The notes under the pieces are model-generated. The model searched no databases. It was not told where the DNA came from and saw nothing but the letters and a program-made list of their open reading frames with translations. Position numbers and translations under genes: made by a program. This document shows, piece by piece, positions 24,209 to 32,441 of a stretch of 38,331 nucleotides of DNA (its first letter is position 1; each line of letters begins with the position of its first letter). Source of the DNA: Clostridia bacterium (lineage in GTDB: Bacteria; Bacillota; Clostridia; Oscillospirales; CAG-272); contig JAGBIB010000140.1 in NCBI GenBank assembly GCA_017935195.1, forward strand, positions 1 through 38,331, read 5' to 3'.

Positions 24209-24243
24209 GGCGACCCGCTTTATATCGGGTCGCCGATTTTTTT
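24209..24243 (+). terminator. Rho-independent terminator
   Basis: GGCGACCCG pairs with CGGGTCGCC around an 8-nt loop. GA and T7 follow. Confidence 0.85.
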
Positions 24244-24323
24244 CGTATAAAAAAGAAAATCCGGTGCAAACTACCAAATGCAGGGGGAAATAAAACCGCA
24301 CCCCCAAAAGAAAGGAGCGCCAA

Positions 24324-24497
24324 ATGAGCCCGAAAGAACTTCTTTATATCGAGGATGCCCTCACCCACGCACAGTTTTTGCAGCAGCAATGCACCAACGC
24401 CGCAAATCAGGTGCAGGATCCTCACTTAAAGCAATGCCTGACCACCATGGCGGAAAAGCACCGCCAGACCTTCCAGTCCTTCATTAGCCTTGTTTAA
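24324..24497 (+). CDS. Small (57 aa) helical protein, CotF-partner-like
   Basis: It is below the track's size cutoff, so I translated it myself: MSPKELLYIEDALTHAQFLQQQCTNAANQVQDPHLKQCLTTMAEKHRQTFQSFISLV. AAAGGAG lies 6 nt upstream. The next gene follows after 20 nt. Confidence 0.55.
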   Translation: MSPKELLYIEDALTHAQFLQQQCTNAANQVQDPHLKQCLTTMAEKHRQTFQSFISLV

Positions 24498-24517
24498 AAG
24501 AAAGAGAGGATCAAACT

Positions 24518-24766
24518 ATGGATGATAAGACCATTATGGAAAATCTGCTGATGACCACCAAGGGTGTTTGCGATCTGTATATGCACGGCACTATTGAGTC
24601 AGCAGGCACCTCAAATGTGCACCGCACCTTCAATCAAGCGCTCACCGACGCTCTGAGTATGCAAAACGACATCTACAAGAATATGACCGACCGCGGCTGG
24701 TATCAAACGGCAAACGAAGAGCCTCAGAAGATCCAGCAGGTCAAGCAGAAATTCTGCTGCTGTTAA
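24518..24766 (+). CDS. Spore coat protein F (Coat_F)-like protein
   Basis: The ORF is 82 aa. The pattern DDKTIMENLLMTTKGVCDLY...ESAGTSNVHRTF...MTDRGWYQ matches Coat_F as I remember it. The C-terminus ends in CCC. Confidence 0.65.
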   Translation: MDDKTIMENLLMTTKGVCDLYMHGTIESAGTSNVHRTFNQALTDALSMQNDIYKNMTDRGWYQTANEEPQKIQQVKQKFCCC

Positions 24767-24773
24767 AAAAAGC

Positions 24774-24803
24774 AAGGATCTTGCCCGAAAGGGCAAGATC
24801 CTT
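24774..24803. terminator. Bidirectional terminator between the CotF-like gene and the GH89 gene
   Basis: AAGGATCTTGCCC, a GAAA loop and GGGCAAGATCCTT form a 13-bp perfect stem. An A7 run lies upstream and a T-rich run downstream. Confidence 0.85.
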
Positions 24804-24842
24804 TTCATTTTGAGTATACCGTTTGCTTCTTTTCAAAAAGCT

Positions 24843-27800
24843 TTATTTTTTCTTCTGTTTAGAGATCACAACGATAATCACAACAACAATCACTGCTCCG
24901 ATCGCAATTACAGCAGCAATTGCCATAGTCACACCGAATACGATGCCGCCTGCAGAATTCTTCTGATCGTCATCCTTGTCGCCCTTGGAAGGATCCTTTT
25001 TCTCATCGGAAACAGCAGGCTTGCTCTCATCAGAGATTGCAGGCTCCTTGGAGGGATTCTCGGAAGGATCTTCAGAAGGATCGGTTTCTTCGGAAGGTTC
25101 TGCGGAAGGCTCATCGGAAGGAGTGGGCTCTTCAGAAGGCTCTTCGGAGGGAGTAGGCTCCTCAGAAGGCTCTTCGGAAGGATCTACGGGAGGATCCACG
25201 GGCGGATCTACGGGAGGTTCAACTCCCTCGGGAACCACGGGCTCCATGGTTGCGGGGAAGTCAAAGCCTGTTGCCTGTGCGCTCTCGTATACCAGCTCAT
25301 CGCCGTCGTATACCGAGATCTGCAGAGTGTAGTTCATACCGGGAACGGGGACGAACATATTCTCACCCTGACCCATACAAGTCTCAAATCTGTAAAGCTT
25401 GCAGTCAATCACCTTGGTTGCGGGAGCCATGGTGATGTGCTTTGCAAGACCACCGGAGATGATGGTCAGCTTCCAAGTCAACTCCTCGGAAATGTCAATG
25501 GCGTTGCCGTGTGCATCGGTAATGGCAACCAGCAGCTGCGTCACACCGGGCTCTGCGCCTTCGCCGTTGGGGTTGTTGGGAGAATTTTTCCAGTTTTCCC
25601 AAGCGCCGAACTGAGAGGGCGCAATGGTGATCTTGCTCTCGTCCACGGGAGGCTCAACGGGAGGAACGTAAGGAGGATCGATGGGATCAGCCGAAACGGT
25701 CAGCTCATCGTCCACAAGTCCTTCACCGTTCTTCAGGGTGATCACACAACCCACGGTCACCACGTCATTGCCGGTCAGAACCTTACCGGTAGCGTCGGTG
25801 ATGGTGATGGTGCCGTCCTTTGCACTCAGTGCAGCCATCAGAGCGGCTGCGGTGGTGCCCTCGGGCATCAGCTTCAGCTTACCGTTTTCGATGGTACCGA
25901 GGTTTGCATCCTTCTTGATGGAGATGGTGTTGTAGGACATTGCCTTGATCTCGGAAAGTGCGGGCCAGATCTGGCTTCCGGTTGCCACGGATTTCAGTAC
26001 CACGCGCACATCGGTGGTGGTTACGGGCTCTTCAAAGGCAATGGTTACGGTATAAGACTTCTTTACGGGATCGTAGCTCTGTGCGTCGCAAACCTTTACG
26101 AACTCGCCGTCCTTCAAGATCTGGATCTCATACTGCATAATGTCCGCACCCAGATTTTTTCTGGTCTCTGCAGACACGATCAGCTCGTCGATGGTCACTT
26201 CCTTCGGGAAGGTCAGACCGGCGTAGGTGGGGAATGCAGCGGAGGTGGCGATCCACAGGTCGGTGGGTACGCCGTTGTTCAGGTTGGCTACAGGGTAGCT
26301 AGCCTGTGCAGTCTTTGCATAAGCGGTTGCCTGACCTGCGATGTTGCAACGAAGAACTCTGGGCAGGAATGCATTGTCATAAAGATACTTATCGGTGATC
26401 TCAGAGTAGATCGCCTTCAGACCTCTTGCGTTTGCATCGCCCTTGGCGTTGCTGATGGTACGGTCATAGTCCTTTTCGTTGAGAACGAAGTCCCACGCAT
26501 AGGGGAAGTAGGTGGTTGCATCGGGTGCCTTCTTGCCTGCCTCGATGGCGTCAAAGAAGGACTTCCACATGGGATAGTTGTAATCCATCAGCTGTCCCGA
26601 ATACTGACGGTAGCCGTAGGAATGGAGGGGATGGCTACTCCAGGAGGTGATCAGCGCCTTGGCGTTTACTTCCATCATGAAGATATCGTAATCGCTGTAC
26701 TTGCCGGTCTTGTCATCCTCGCACCAGTCTTCAATCCGTCCGATCCACTCGCCCATGGTGCTGTCGATCTCGTATCCGCACACCTCGTCAAGGATCTTGA
26801 TGGTGTCCATATACTTGTTCTTGTTCAAGCGGAAGGTGGTCATATCGGAGGAATTATACGCCTCTACCAGAGAGGAGAAGTAAGAAACCATACTGTTGCA
26901 CAGCAGCTGCTTTAACAGGTCTACTGCATCGTAAATATAGGTTTCCTTATCAGCGTACTTATCAAAGTCCTTCATAAAGAGGTCAACTGCCTCTTCGAAC
27001 TTATACTTGTCATAGGTAAGAGGATAAGTACCCGAAATACCCGAGGGAGAGAAGGAAGGAACCATATTTACCAGCGAGTTGATGTTGAACTCGTGATTGC
27101 CCGAATAACCGTAAGCGGTGTCAAGCAGGATGTCCCAAGCCTTCTGCACGTTTTCGGAGGTACCGCCGTAGCGACGCTCTACGTACTGATCAAGCCAAGC
27201 GTTGATATCAAACTTTTCGCTATGCCAAGCCATCTCCCAAAGAAGCTCCTGACATACGGGGTTCATCTGGGTACCCTCGGCAACAAGACCGATACCCTTC
27301 ATATGCTTGGTTGCCTTCTGCGCCTTGATGATCTCGGTCATCATATATTCAAGCTCACCGTGTACGCCGGGTCTGCCGCCGAAGTTGTCCAGCATACAGA
27401 ATACCCAGCCGGTGCTGTTCCATTCCTTGCCGCCCCAAGAGGAGGAGTTGGCGTAGTTGGGAGCGCAGGTAGCGTTCAGGTCAAGAACCAGAACGTGGTT
27501 TGCTCTGTTGTCGGCACCGAAGCCGTCCAGCACTGCCTTTTCGGGGTTGCCCCACCAGCACTGAATGATCCAAACGGCGTCAGCATCGTTAGACTTCATA
27601 TGACCAAGGATGTCGGAAGCCATTTCGCTTCTGGACTGATCCTTGGGGATGACGCCGCCCTCGTGGGCAAGGTCGCCTGCATAGTAGTTGGTGATGTCGC
27701 CGTACAGATACTTCTGCGTATCGTAGAAGGTGTCAGCCAGCTTCTTGTAGCCGTTGTAGTTGGTCTTCAGAAGGGGAGGACGGGTAAAGCCCGACCAGGT

Positions 27801-29171
27801 GCCCTGTGCGACCATATGACCGCCTGCGATGTTGTCAAAGCCCATGTTCACAAGGGTCTTGGCAGCCTTCTTCTCGAAGGTGGTGGGCAGAGTGCCCATA
27901 AAGCCCTGCAGACAAGGCTGGATACCTAAAACGGTCATAAATCTCTGATTCTGACGAGCCAGCTCAAGAGTATCCATGATCCAGCTGTCCGAAACCGAAC
28001 CACCGTAGTTTTCAAGGTTGCCCATCAGCCACCACGCCTTGTAAGCGTAGCCGCAAACGAAGTCCTTTGCTTCGTCTGCATTGTAGCCGAACTGCTGAAG
28101 GTACATTACCCACAGCGCCTCGGTAGCGGTGGTGTCAAGGATCACGTTTACGCCCGACAAAGCCAGATAGTCAAGCTCTCTCTGCCACTCGTCAAAGCCG
28201 TAGAAGGGCATGGTGTAAGACAGTGTGCAGTAGTTATAAGCGTAGCGCACCTCGTAAGGAGATTCCACGCGCACCTTCGTCGTTACCTGAGGAATGGATG
28301 CGGGCATGGTCACCTGCTCGGTCTGCTGAGAAACGTGCACCTTGCAGAAATACTTCAGATAGTAGTTCAAGCCGGTAGCAATGCTCACGCCCTCGTCACC
28401 CTTGATGAGGACCTTGCCGTTCTTCATGGAGATCTCATAGAAGTTCTTGCCGTTCTGGCTGCTTGCCAGCTCGAAGGTGAACCAATCCTTGTATTTTGCG
28501 CCAAGGAGTCTTTCAACGATGCCGTATACCGCCTCGGTGGTGTCCTTGGAGGTGTAGGTATCCTTCACGGTGTAGTTGTCCTCCAAGGTCACACCGTGGT
28601 TTTCCTTCAGCCATTCGCTGTAGGAGGAGAACTCCATCTTCTCTCTGGTTTCGGTCACCTTCTTGGTGCTCTTCTTACCGTACACACGGATCTCGGAGAT
28701 CTTGGAGTTGTCCCAGTCGCCGCCCGGAGCGTTGGTCACGTTCACACGCACGATGCGGTAGGTGCAGTTCTTCAGCTCGTGCACGTTGCCGCCCTTGGTT
28801 GCGTTGTCGTAATCAAAGGAAGCGATCTCATCAAAGGAGATGCCGTCAAGAGATCCGTAGATCTTGTACGCCCATTTACCCGAGGGCATCACGACCTTGA
28901 TCTTGCTGATGTCATAGTTTGCCATCAGGTCCACGTCCACGTATTTGGGGAAATCCTGTCCCGTCCACGTGGTGTTATCCTTTCCGTCCACAACGTTTTC
29001 GGGTGAACCCGTGGTGGAGTTGGAGCGGGTGGGCTTCTTATAGGCGAGGTTGTCGGGATCGCTGGGGTCAGTCTCGTCCGCAGAGGCGGGCAGAGACAGC
29101 TCGGGGATCACCGGCAGAACGATGGAGAATACCATCATGAACGCCAAAAGAAAACTGAAAAATCGTTTCAT
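24843..29171 (-). CDS. Secreted multidomain alpha-N-acetylglucosaminidase (GH89/NAGLU-like) with discoidin/CBM32-like modules, a Pro/Glu/Ser stalk and a C-terminal TM anchor
   Basis: This is the track ORF 24843..29228. I prefer the start at 29171 (MKRFFSFLLAFMMVFSIVLPV, a signal peptide) because AAAGGA lies upstream. GLNYYLKYFCKVHVSQ parallels the NAGLU N-domain motif, and a TIM-barrel-like core follows. Two F5/8-type-C-like modules are present. The C-terminus is a PVDPP/EEPSEEPTPS stalk, then a hydrophobic helix and KQKKK. Confidence 0.8.
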   Translation of the reverse strand: MKRFFSFLLAFMMVFSIVLPVIPELSLPASADETDPSDPDNLAYKKPTRSNSTTGSPENVVDGKDNTTWTGQDFPKYVDVDLMANYDISKIKVVMPSGKWAYKIYGSLDGISFDEIASFDYDNATKGGNVHELKNCTYRIVRVNVTNAPGGDWDNSKISEIRVYGKKSTKKVTETREKMEFSSYSEWLKENHGVTLEDNYTVKDTYTSKDTTEAVYGIVERLLGAKYKDWFTFELASSQNGKNFYEISMKNGKVLIKGDEGVSIATGLNYYLKYFCKVHVSQQTEQVTMPASIPQVTTKVRVESPYEVRYAYNYCTLSYTMPFYGFDEWQRELDYLALSGVNVILDTTATEALWVMYLQQFGYNADEAKDFVCGYAYKAWWLMGNLENYGGSVSDSWIMDTLELARQNQRFMTVLGIQPCLQGFMGTLPTTFEKKAAKTLVNMGFDNIAGGHMVAQGTWSGFTRPPLLKTNYNGYKKLADTFYDTQKYLYGDITNYYAGDLAHEGGVIPKDQSRSEMASDILGHMKSNDADAVWIIQCWWGNPEKAVLDGFGADNRANHVLVLDLNATCAPNYANSSSWGGKEWNSTGWVFCMLDNFGGRPGVHGELEYMMTEIIKAQKATKHMKGIGLVAEGTQMNPVCQELLWEMAWHSEKFDINAWLDQYVERRYGGTSENVQKAWDILLDTAYGYSGNHEFNINSLVNMVPSFSPSGISGTYPLTYDKYKFEEAVDLFMKDFDKYADKETYIYDAVDLLKQLLCNSMVSYFSSLVEAYNSSDMTTFRLNKNKYMDTIKILDEVCGYEIDSTMGEWIGRIEDWCEDDKTGKYSDYDIFMMEVNAKALITSWSSHPLHSYGYRQYSGQLMDYNYPMWKSFFDAIEAGKKAPDATTYFPYAWDFVLNEKDYDRTISNAKGDANARGLKAIYSEITDKYLYDNAFLPRVLRCNIAGQATAYAKTAQASYPVANLNNGVPTDLWIATSAAFPTYAGLTFPKEVTIDELIVSAETRKNLGADIMQYEIQILKDGEFVKVCDAQSYDPVKKSYTVTIAFEEPVTTTDVRVVLKSVATGSQIWPALSEIKAMSYNTISIKKDANLGTIENGKLKLMPEGTTAAALMAALSAKDGTITITDATGKVLTGNDVVTVGCVITLKNGEGLVDDELTVSADPIDPPYVPPVEPPVDESKITIAPSQFGAWENWKNSPNNPNGEGAEPGVTQLLVAITDAHGNAIDISEELTWKLTIISGGLAKHITMAPATKVIDCKLYRFETCMGQGENMFVPVPGMNYTLQISVYDGDELVYESAQATGFDFPATMEPVVPEGVEPPVDPPVDPPVDPSEEPSEEPTPSEEPSEEPTPSDEPSAEPSEETDPSEDPSENPSKEPAISDESKPAVSDEKKDPSKGDKDDDQKNSAGGIVFGVTMAIAAVIAIGAVIVVVIIVVISKQKKK
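25121..25216 (-). repeat. In-frame tandem DNA repeats encoding the Pro/Glu/Ser stalk
   Basis: Two 30-nt units (25121-25150 and 25151-25180) match at 27 of 30 positions. Three 12-nt units (25181-25216) encode VDPP. The whole of 25020-25220 is low-complexity. Confidence 0.8.
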
Positions 29172-29216
29172 AAAACGTCCTTTCCCGGCTGTTAGCCAAA
29201 TGTATTGATCGTACCT

Positions 29217-29245
29217 ATTATACCGCACTTCCTCCCTTTTGTCAA
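29217..29245 (-). promoter_or_regulatory. Consensus sigma-A promoter of the GH89 gene
   Basis: On the reverse strand, TTGACA (29245-29240), a 17-nt spacer and TATAAT (29222-29217). Confidence 0.65.
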
Positions 29246-29315
29246 CTCCCTATACCGCAAAAATGAGGCTATACGGCATTTACCCCGCCCTTTTTCAAAG
29301 AGAGAAAAGTTTTCC

Positions 29316-29344
29316 TTTACAAAAGAAGAAAAGCGTGATATAAT
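29316..29344 (+). promoter_or_regulatory. Sigma-A promoter of the mtaB operon
   Basis: TTTACA (29316-21), a 17-nt spacer and TATAAT (29339-44) preceded by TGA. Confidence 0.65.
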
Positions 29345-29386
29345 AATTATGTATGCAATTCCCCCAAAAAAGAAAGGACAAGAAGG

Positions 29387-30676
29387 ATGAGGATCGCTTT
29401 TTACACGCTGGGCTGCAAGGTCAACCAGTACGAAAGCCGTGCTCTTTTGGAGGCTCTTGAAAAAGAGGGCTTTGAAGAGGCAGACAAGCAGGCAGACGTG
29501 TGCATTATCAACACCTGCACCGTAACGGCCGAAAGTGACCGCAAGGCACGTCAGACGGTACGCCGTGCCATCAGGGAAAACCCCGGAGCGTATATCCTGG
29601 TCACCGGATGCGCCTCCCAGATCGATCCCGAACGCTTTCTTGCCATCAAGGGCGTACACTTTGTCAACGGAAACAGAGACAAAAAGGCGCTGATTGCCCA
29701 TATCCTGCGCTACAAAGACACGGGGATAAAGACCGAGGGAAAAGAGATCCTTGACCTTGAAGAGAGAGAGTACGAGAGCCTTTGCGTCAGCGGATCGGAG
29801 CGTACCCGCGCCTATATGAAGATCGAGGACGGATGTGAGAGCAAATGCGCCTACTGCATCATCCCGAGGGCAAGGGGAAAAATCGTATCAAGACCCCTTG
29901 AAGACTGCCTTGAGGAAGCAAGAAGGCTTGTTAAAGCAGGCTACAAGGAGATCGTTTTAACGGGCATTGAGGTCTCCGCCTACGGTGAGGATTTAGAGCA
30001 CGCCGATCTTGCCCTGTTGCTTGAAAAAATGGAGGAGATCGAGGGGCTTTGCCGCATCAGGCTTTCCTCCATCGACCCCTCTTACCTGCGCCCCGCCTTT
30101 ACCGACCGCATCGCCCGCCTTTCAAAGGTAGCACCCCACTTCCATCTTTCTCTGCAAAGCTGCTGTGACGACACCCTCCGCAGGATGCGCCGCCGCTACA
30201 ATACCGAGATCTTGACAAGGAATTTGGGCTATCTTCAGCAAAGGATGCCCGCCGTCCGCTTTACCGCCGACGTGATCGTGGGCTTCCCCGGCGAGACCGA
30301 GGAGGAATTTGAAAGGACCCGCGCCTTTTTAAAGACCCTTCCCCTTTTGCACACCCACGTCTTTGCCTATTCCCCCCGTCCCGACACCGAGGCGGCGTCC
30401 ATGCCCCTGCAGGTGGACGAGCAGACCAAGAAGTCCCGCTCGGCAAGGCTCATTGCCCACTGCGAGGACATCCGCGACGGGCTTTTGAAAAAAGAGGAGG
30501 GGCAAAGCTACCCCGTCCTTTTCGAGCAATACAAAAAGGGCGTTGCCTACGGACACACCCCCCATTTCATCGAGGTCGCCGTAAAAAGCGACAAGCCGCT
30601 TGACGACGAGATCTGTCTTTGCCGTCTTTCGGGAAGCGAGGGGGGCGTGGTCTTTGGAGAAAGGACAGATCTATGA
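29387..30676 (+). CDS. mtaB: Radical-SAM methylthiotransferase, MtaB-like (ms2t6A37)
   Basis: The ORF is 429 aa. The N-terminal UPF0004 domain reads MRIAFYTLGCKVNQYES...INTCTVT...VTGC. It has the radical-SAM CESKCAYC motif and a TRAM-like C-terminus. Confidence 0.8.
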   Translation: MRIAFYTLGCKVNQYESRALLEALEKEGFEEADKQADVCIINTCTVTAESDRKARQTVRRAIRENPGAYILVTGCASQIDPERFLAIKGVHFVNGNRDKKALIAHILRYKDTGIKTEGKEILDLEEREYESLCVSGSERTRAYMKIEDGCESKCAYCIIPRARGKIVSRPLEDCLEEARRLVKAGYKEIVLTGIEVSAYGEDLEHADLALLLEKMEEIEGLCRIRLSSIDPSYLRPAFTDRIARLSKVAPHFHLSLQSCCDDTLRRMRRRYNTEILTRNLGYLQQRMPAVRFTADVIVGFPGETEEEFERTRAFLKTLPLLHTHVFAYSPRPDTEAASMPLQVDEQTKKSRSARLIAHCEDIRDGLLKKEEGQSYPVLFEQYKKGVAYGHTPHFIEVAVKSDKPLDDEICLCRLSGSEGGVVFGERTDL

Positions 30677-31125
30677 AGGACCTTTTCATCCGTCCCGTCA
30701 AAAAAGAGGACGAGCAAGTTTATATGGAGTTGATCCGCTCCTTTTATAATACCGATGCGGTAATCGCTCCCCTGCCCGAGGAGTACCACCTGCGCAATTT
30801 CGCCGAGGCTTTAAAGGACGGCCCCTTTTTCAAGGTCTTCCTTTTGGAAATGGAGGGGAAGAGCGTGGGCGTGGGGCAGATCTCCTTCCGCTACGGCAGC
30901 GAGGTGGGCGGAATGGAGTGCTGGTTTGAAGACCTGTACATCCTTGAAGAGTATCGCTCTTTGGGCATCGGCGGCAGATTTATGGATTACGTCAAGGAAC
31001 GCTTCCCCGCAAACCGCTATCGGCTGGAGGTGGAGGACACCAACCCCCGCGCCGTGGCGCTGTATGAAAAAAAGGGCTTTACCACCCTGCCCTACAAACA
31101 AATGATCTGTGATCTGAAAGGATGA
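30673..31125 (+). CDS. GNAT-family N-acetyltransferase
   Basis: This is the track ORF 30619..31125. I prefer the start at 30673 (MKDLFIRPV), which has GGAGAAAGGA upstream and forms an ATGA overlap with the mtaB stop. The acetyl-CoA motif is YRSLGIGGRFM...AVALYEKKGF. Confidence 0.8.
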   Translation: MKDLFIRPVKKEDEQVYMELIRSFYNTDAVIAPLPEEYHLRNFAEALKDGPFFKVFLLEMEGKSVGVGQISFRYGSEVGGMECWFEDLYILEEYRSLGIGGRFMDYVKERFPANRYRLEVEDTNPRAVALYEKKGFTTLPYKQMICDLKG

Positions 31126-32393
31126 CGAAATCGATGAACAAAGCAAAAACGCTTGCAGTGCTTGCAGTGCTGCTCCTTCTTTCCACCCTCTTTGCCGCCT
31201 GCGGCACGCCTGCGCCCAGCGGAATGTATCACCCCCTTGACACCGAAGAATACGTCAACGGCGTGAAGGACTTTGCCTTTGCCGTACCCGAGGGGTACGA
31301 GGTGACCATCTCCTCCAATATGCTGGCGGCGGTGGGAGAAAAGGACTCCTTCTCGGTGCAAACCCGCCACAGCGACTACTATTATCAAAACGGTCTTGAA
31401 GAAAATTACAAGGAACTAAAAAAGCAGCTCACCGCTCTTTACGGTGACTTTGAAGAAAAGAAGACTGCCGATCTGACCGTGGCTGAGCAGAACGCTTTAC
31501 GGGTGGACTACGAGTTGACGGTGGCAGGCGTTGCCTGCGGATACACCCAGTATCTTTTTTACAAGGACACCACCGCCTTCTATCTCTTCACCTACACCTA
31601 CGAGCCGGGCAAGGCAGACGAACAGCTCCTTCGTAGCGTGCTTGAAACGATTTCCTTCACTCCCGACACCTTCAGTGCCCCCAAGGGCTTCAAGAGAGTG
31701 GAAAACGCTGCGGCAAAAAGCCTTTCCTCCGACAGATATCTGTTATACTGCCCCGACGAATGGATCTTCGATAATACTTTAGGTCAGATCTGCATCCGTG
31801 TGCCCTCCTCCACCATCATCTCAAACATTTCATTAAATGAGCAGAAATTGGAAGGCAATCTTGCCGACTACGTAAAGGACTATGCCTCCACCGTTGCCCC
31901 CGATATCGATTGGGGAAAGGGTGAACTGTCAGCAATGGAGCAATACGTGCTGGCCACTCTTTATCAGATGAGCGAGGTCCTGCCCGAATTCAAGCTCCAC
32001 ACCGTAACGGGTGAGGAAGAGGAGGACGAGGGAGAGGATCAGCCTCTTTCCTATACCGAGATCAAAAAAGAGGATCTGGTTTCCATGAAGGATGCCTTCC
32101 TGCAGACTCTGACCACCGATCAGGACATCAAGTTCAGTTACGTGGACTTCTGCGCTACCCTTTCCGACCACAAGGCGCACGGCTCGGGCGGACTGTTTAC
32201 CCAAGGGTCCGACGTTGAGGGTGAAGAGGATGACGAAACGGCAACCTACAGCTTCCGTCAATATTTCGTGGTGAAGGACGGGTATCTCTATTTCTTCACC
32301 TACACCGCTTCCGTCGACCAATTCAAGACCCAGCTTGAGGATGCCGAGAAGGTAATCGACAACTTTGAATTCATTGAAAAAAGCGAAAAATGA
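31122..32393 (+). CDS. Lipoprotein of unknown function with an internal two-domain duplication
   Basis: The ORF is 423 aa with a signal peptide and lipobox LFAAC. Both halves end in a similar strand pattern: YTQYLFYKDTTAFYLFTYTY and FRQYFVVKDGYLYFFTYTA. An acidic linker EEEEDEGED joins them. The start could be 31122 or 31134. Confidence 0.7.
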   Translation: MTKSMNKAKTLAVLAVLLLLSTLFAACGTPAPSGMYHPLDTEEYVNGVKDFAFAVPEGYEVTISSNMLAAVGEKDSFSVQTRHSDYYYQNGLEENYKELKKQLTALYGDFEEKKTADLTVAEQNALRVDYELTVAGVACGYTQYLFYKDTTAFYLFTYTYEPGKADEQLLRSVLETISFTPDTFSAPKGFKRVENAAAKSLSSDRYLLYCPDEWIFDNTLGQICIRVPSSTIISNISLNEQKLEGNLADYVKDYASTVAPDIDWGKGELSAMEQYVLATLYQMSEVLPEFKLHTVTGEEEEDEGEDQPLSYTEIKKEDLVSMKDAFLQTLTTDQDIKFSYVDFCATLSDHKAHGSGGLFTQGSDVEGEEDDETATYSFRQYFVVKDGYLYFFTYTASVDQFKTQLEDAEKVIDNFEFIEKSEK

Positions 32394-32441
32394 CCGATGA
32401 AGTTGCCCCGCACGGGGCAATTTCTTCTTGAAAGGCAGAAT

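Noticed and set aside
24199-24766. The two small ORFs downstream of the HTH regulator as its signalling-peptide genes
   Set aside because: A strong terminator (24209-24243) separates them from the regulator. They lack signal peptides, and the second matches the Coat_F pattern.
25020-25220. Short tandem repeats as a possible CRISPR-like or VNTR array
   Set aside because: The units are contiguous with no spacers, are in frame, and encode the Pro/Glu/Ser stalk of the GH89 protein.
24810-26915. 701-aa ORF on the plus strand, one of the longest in the track
   Set aside because: It lies entirely antisense to the GH89 gene. Its protein is low-complexity (runs of G, R, L and V) with no start context or motifs. 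It is a typical shadow ORF produced by GC-rich third positions of the real gene.
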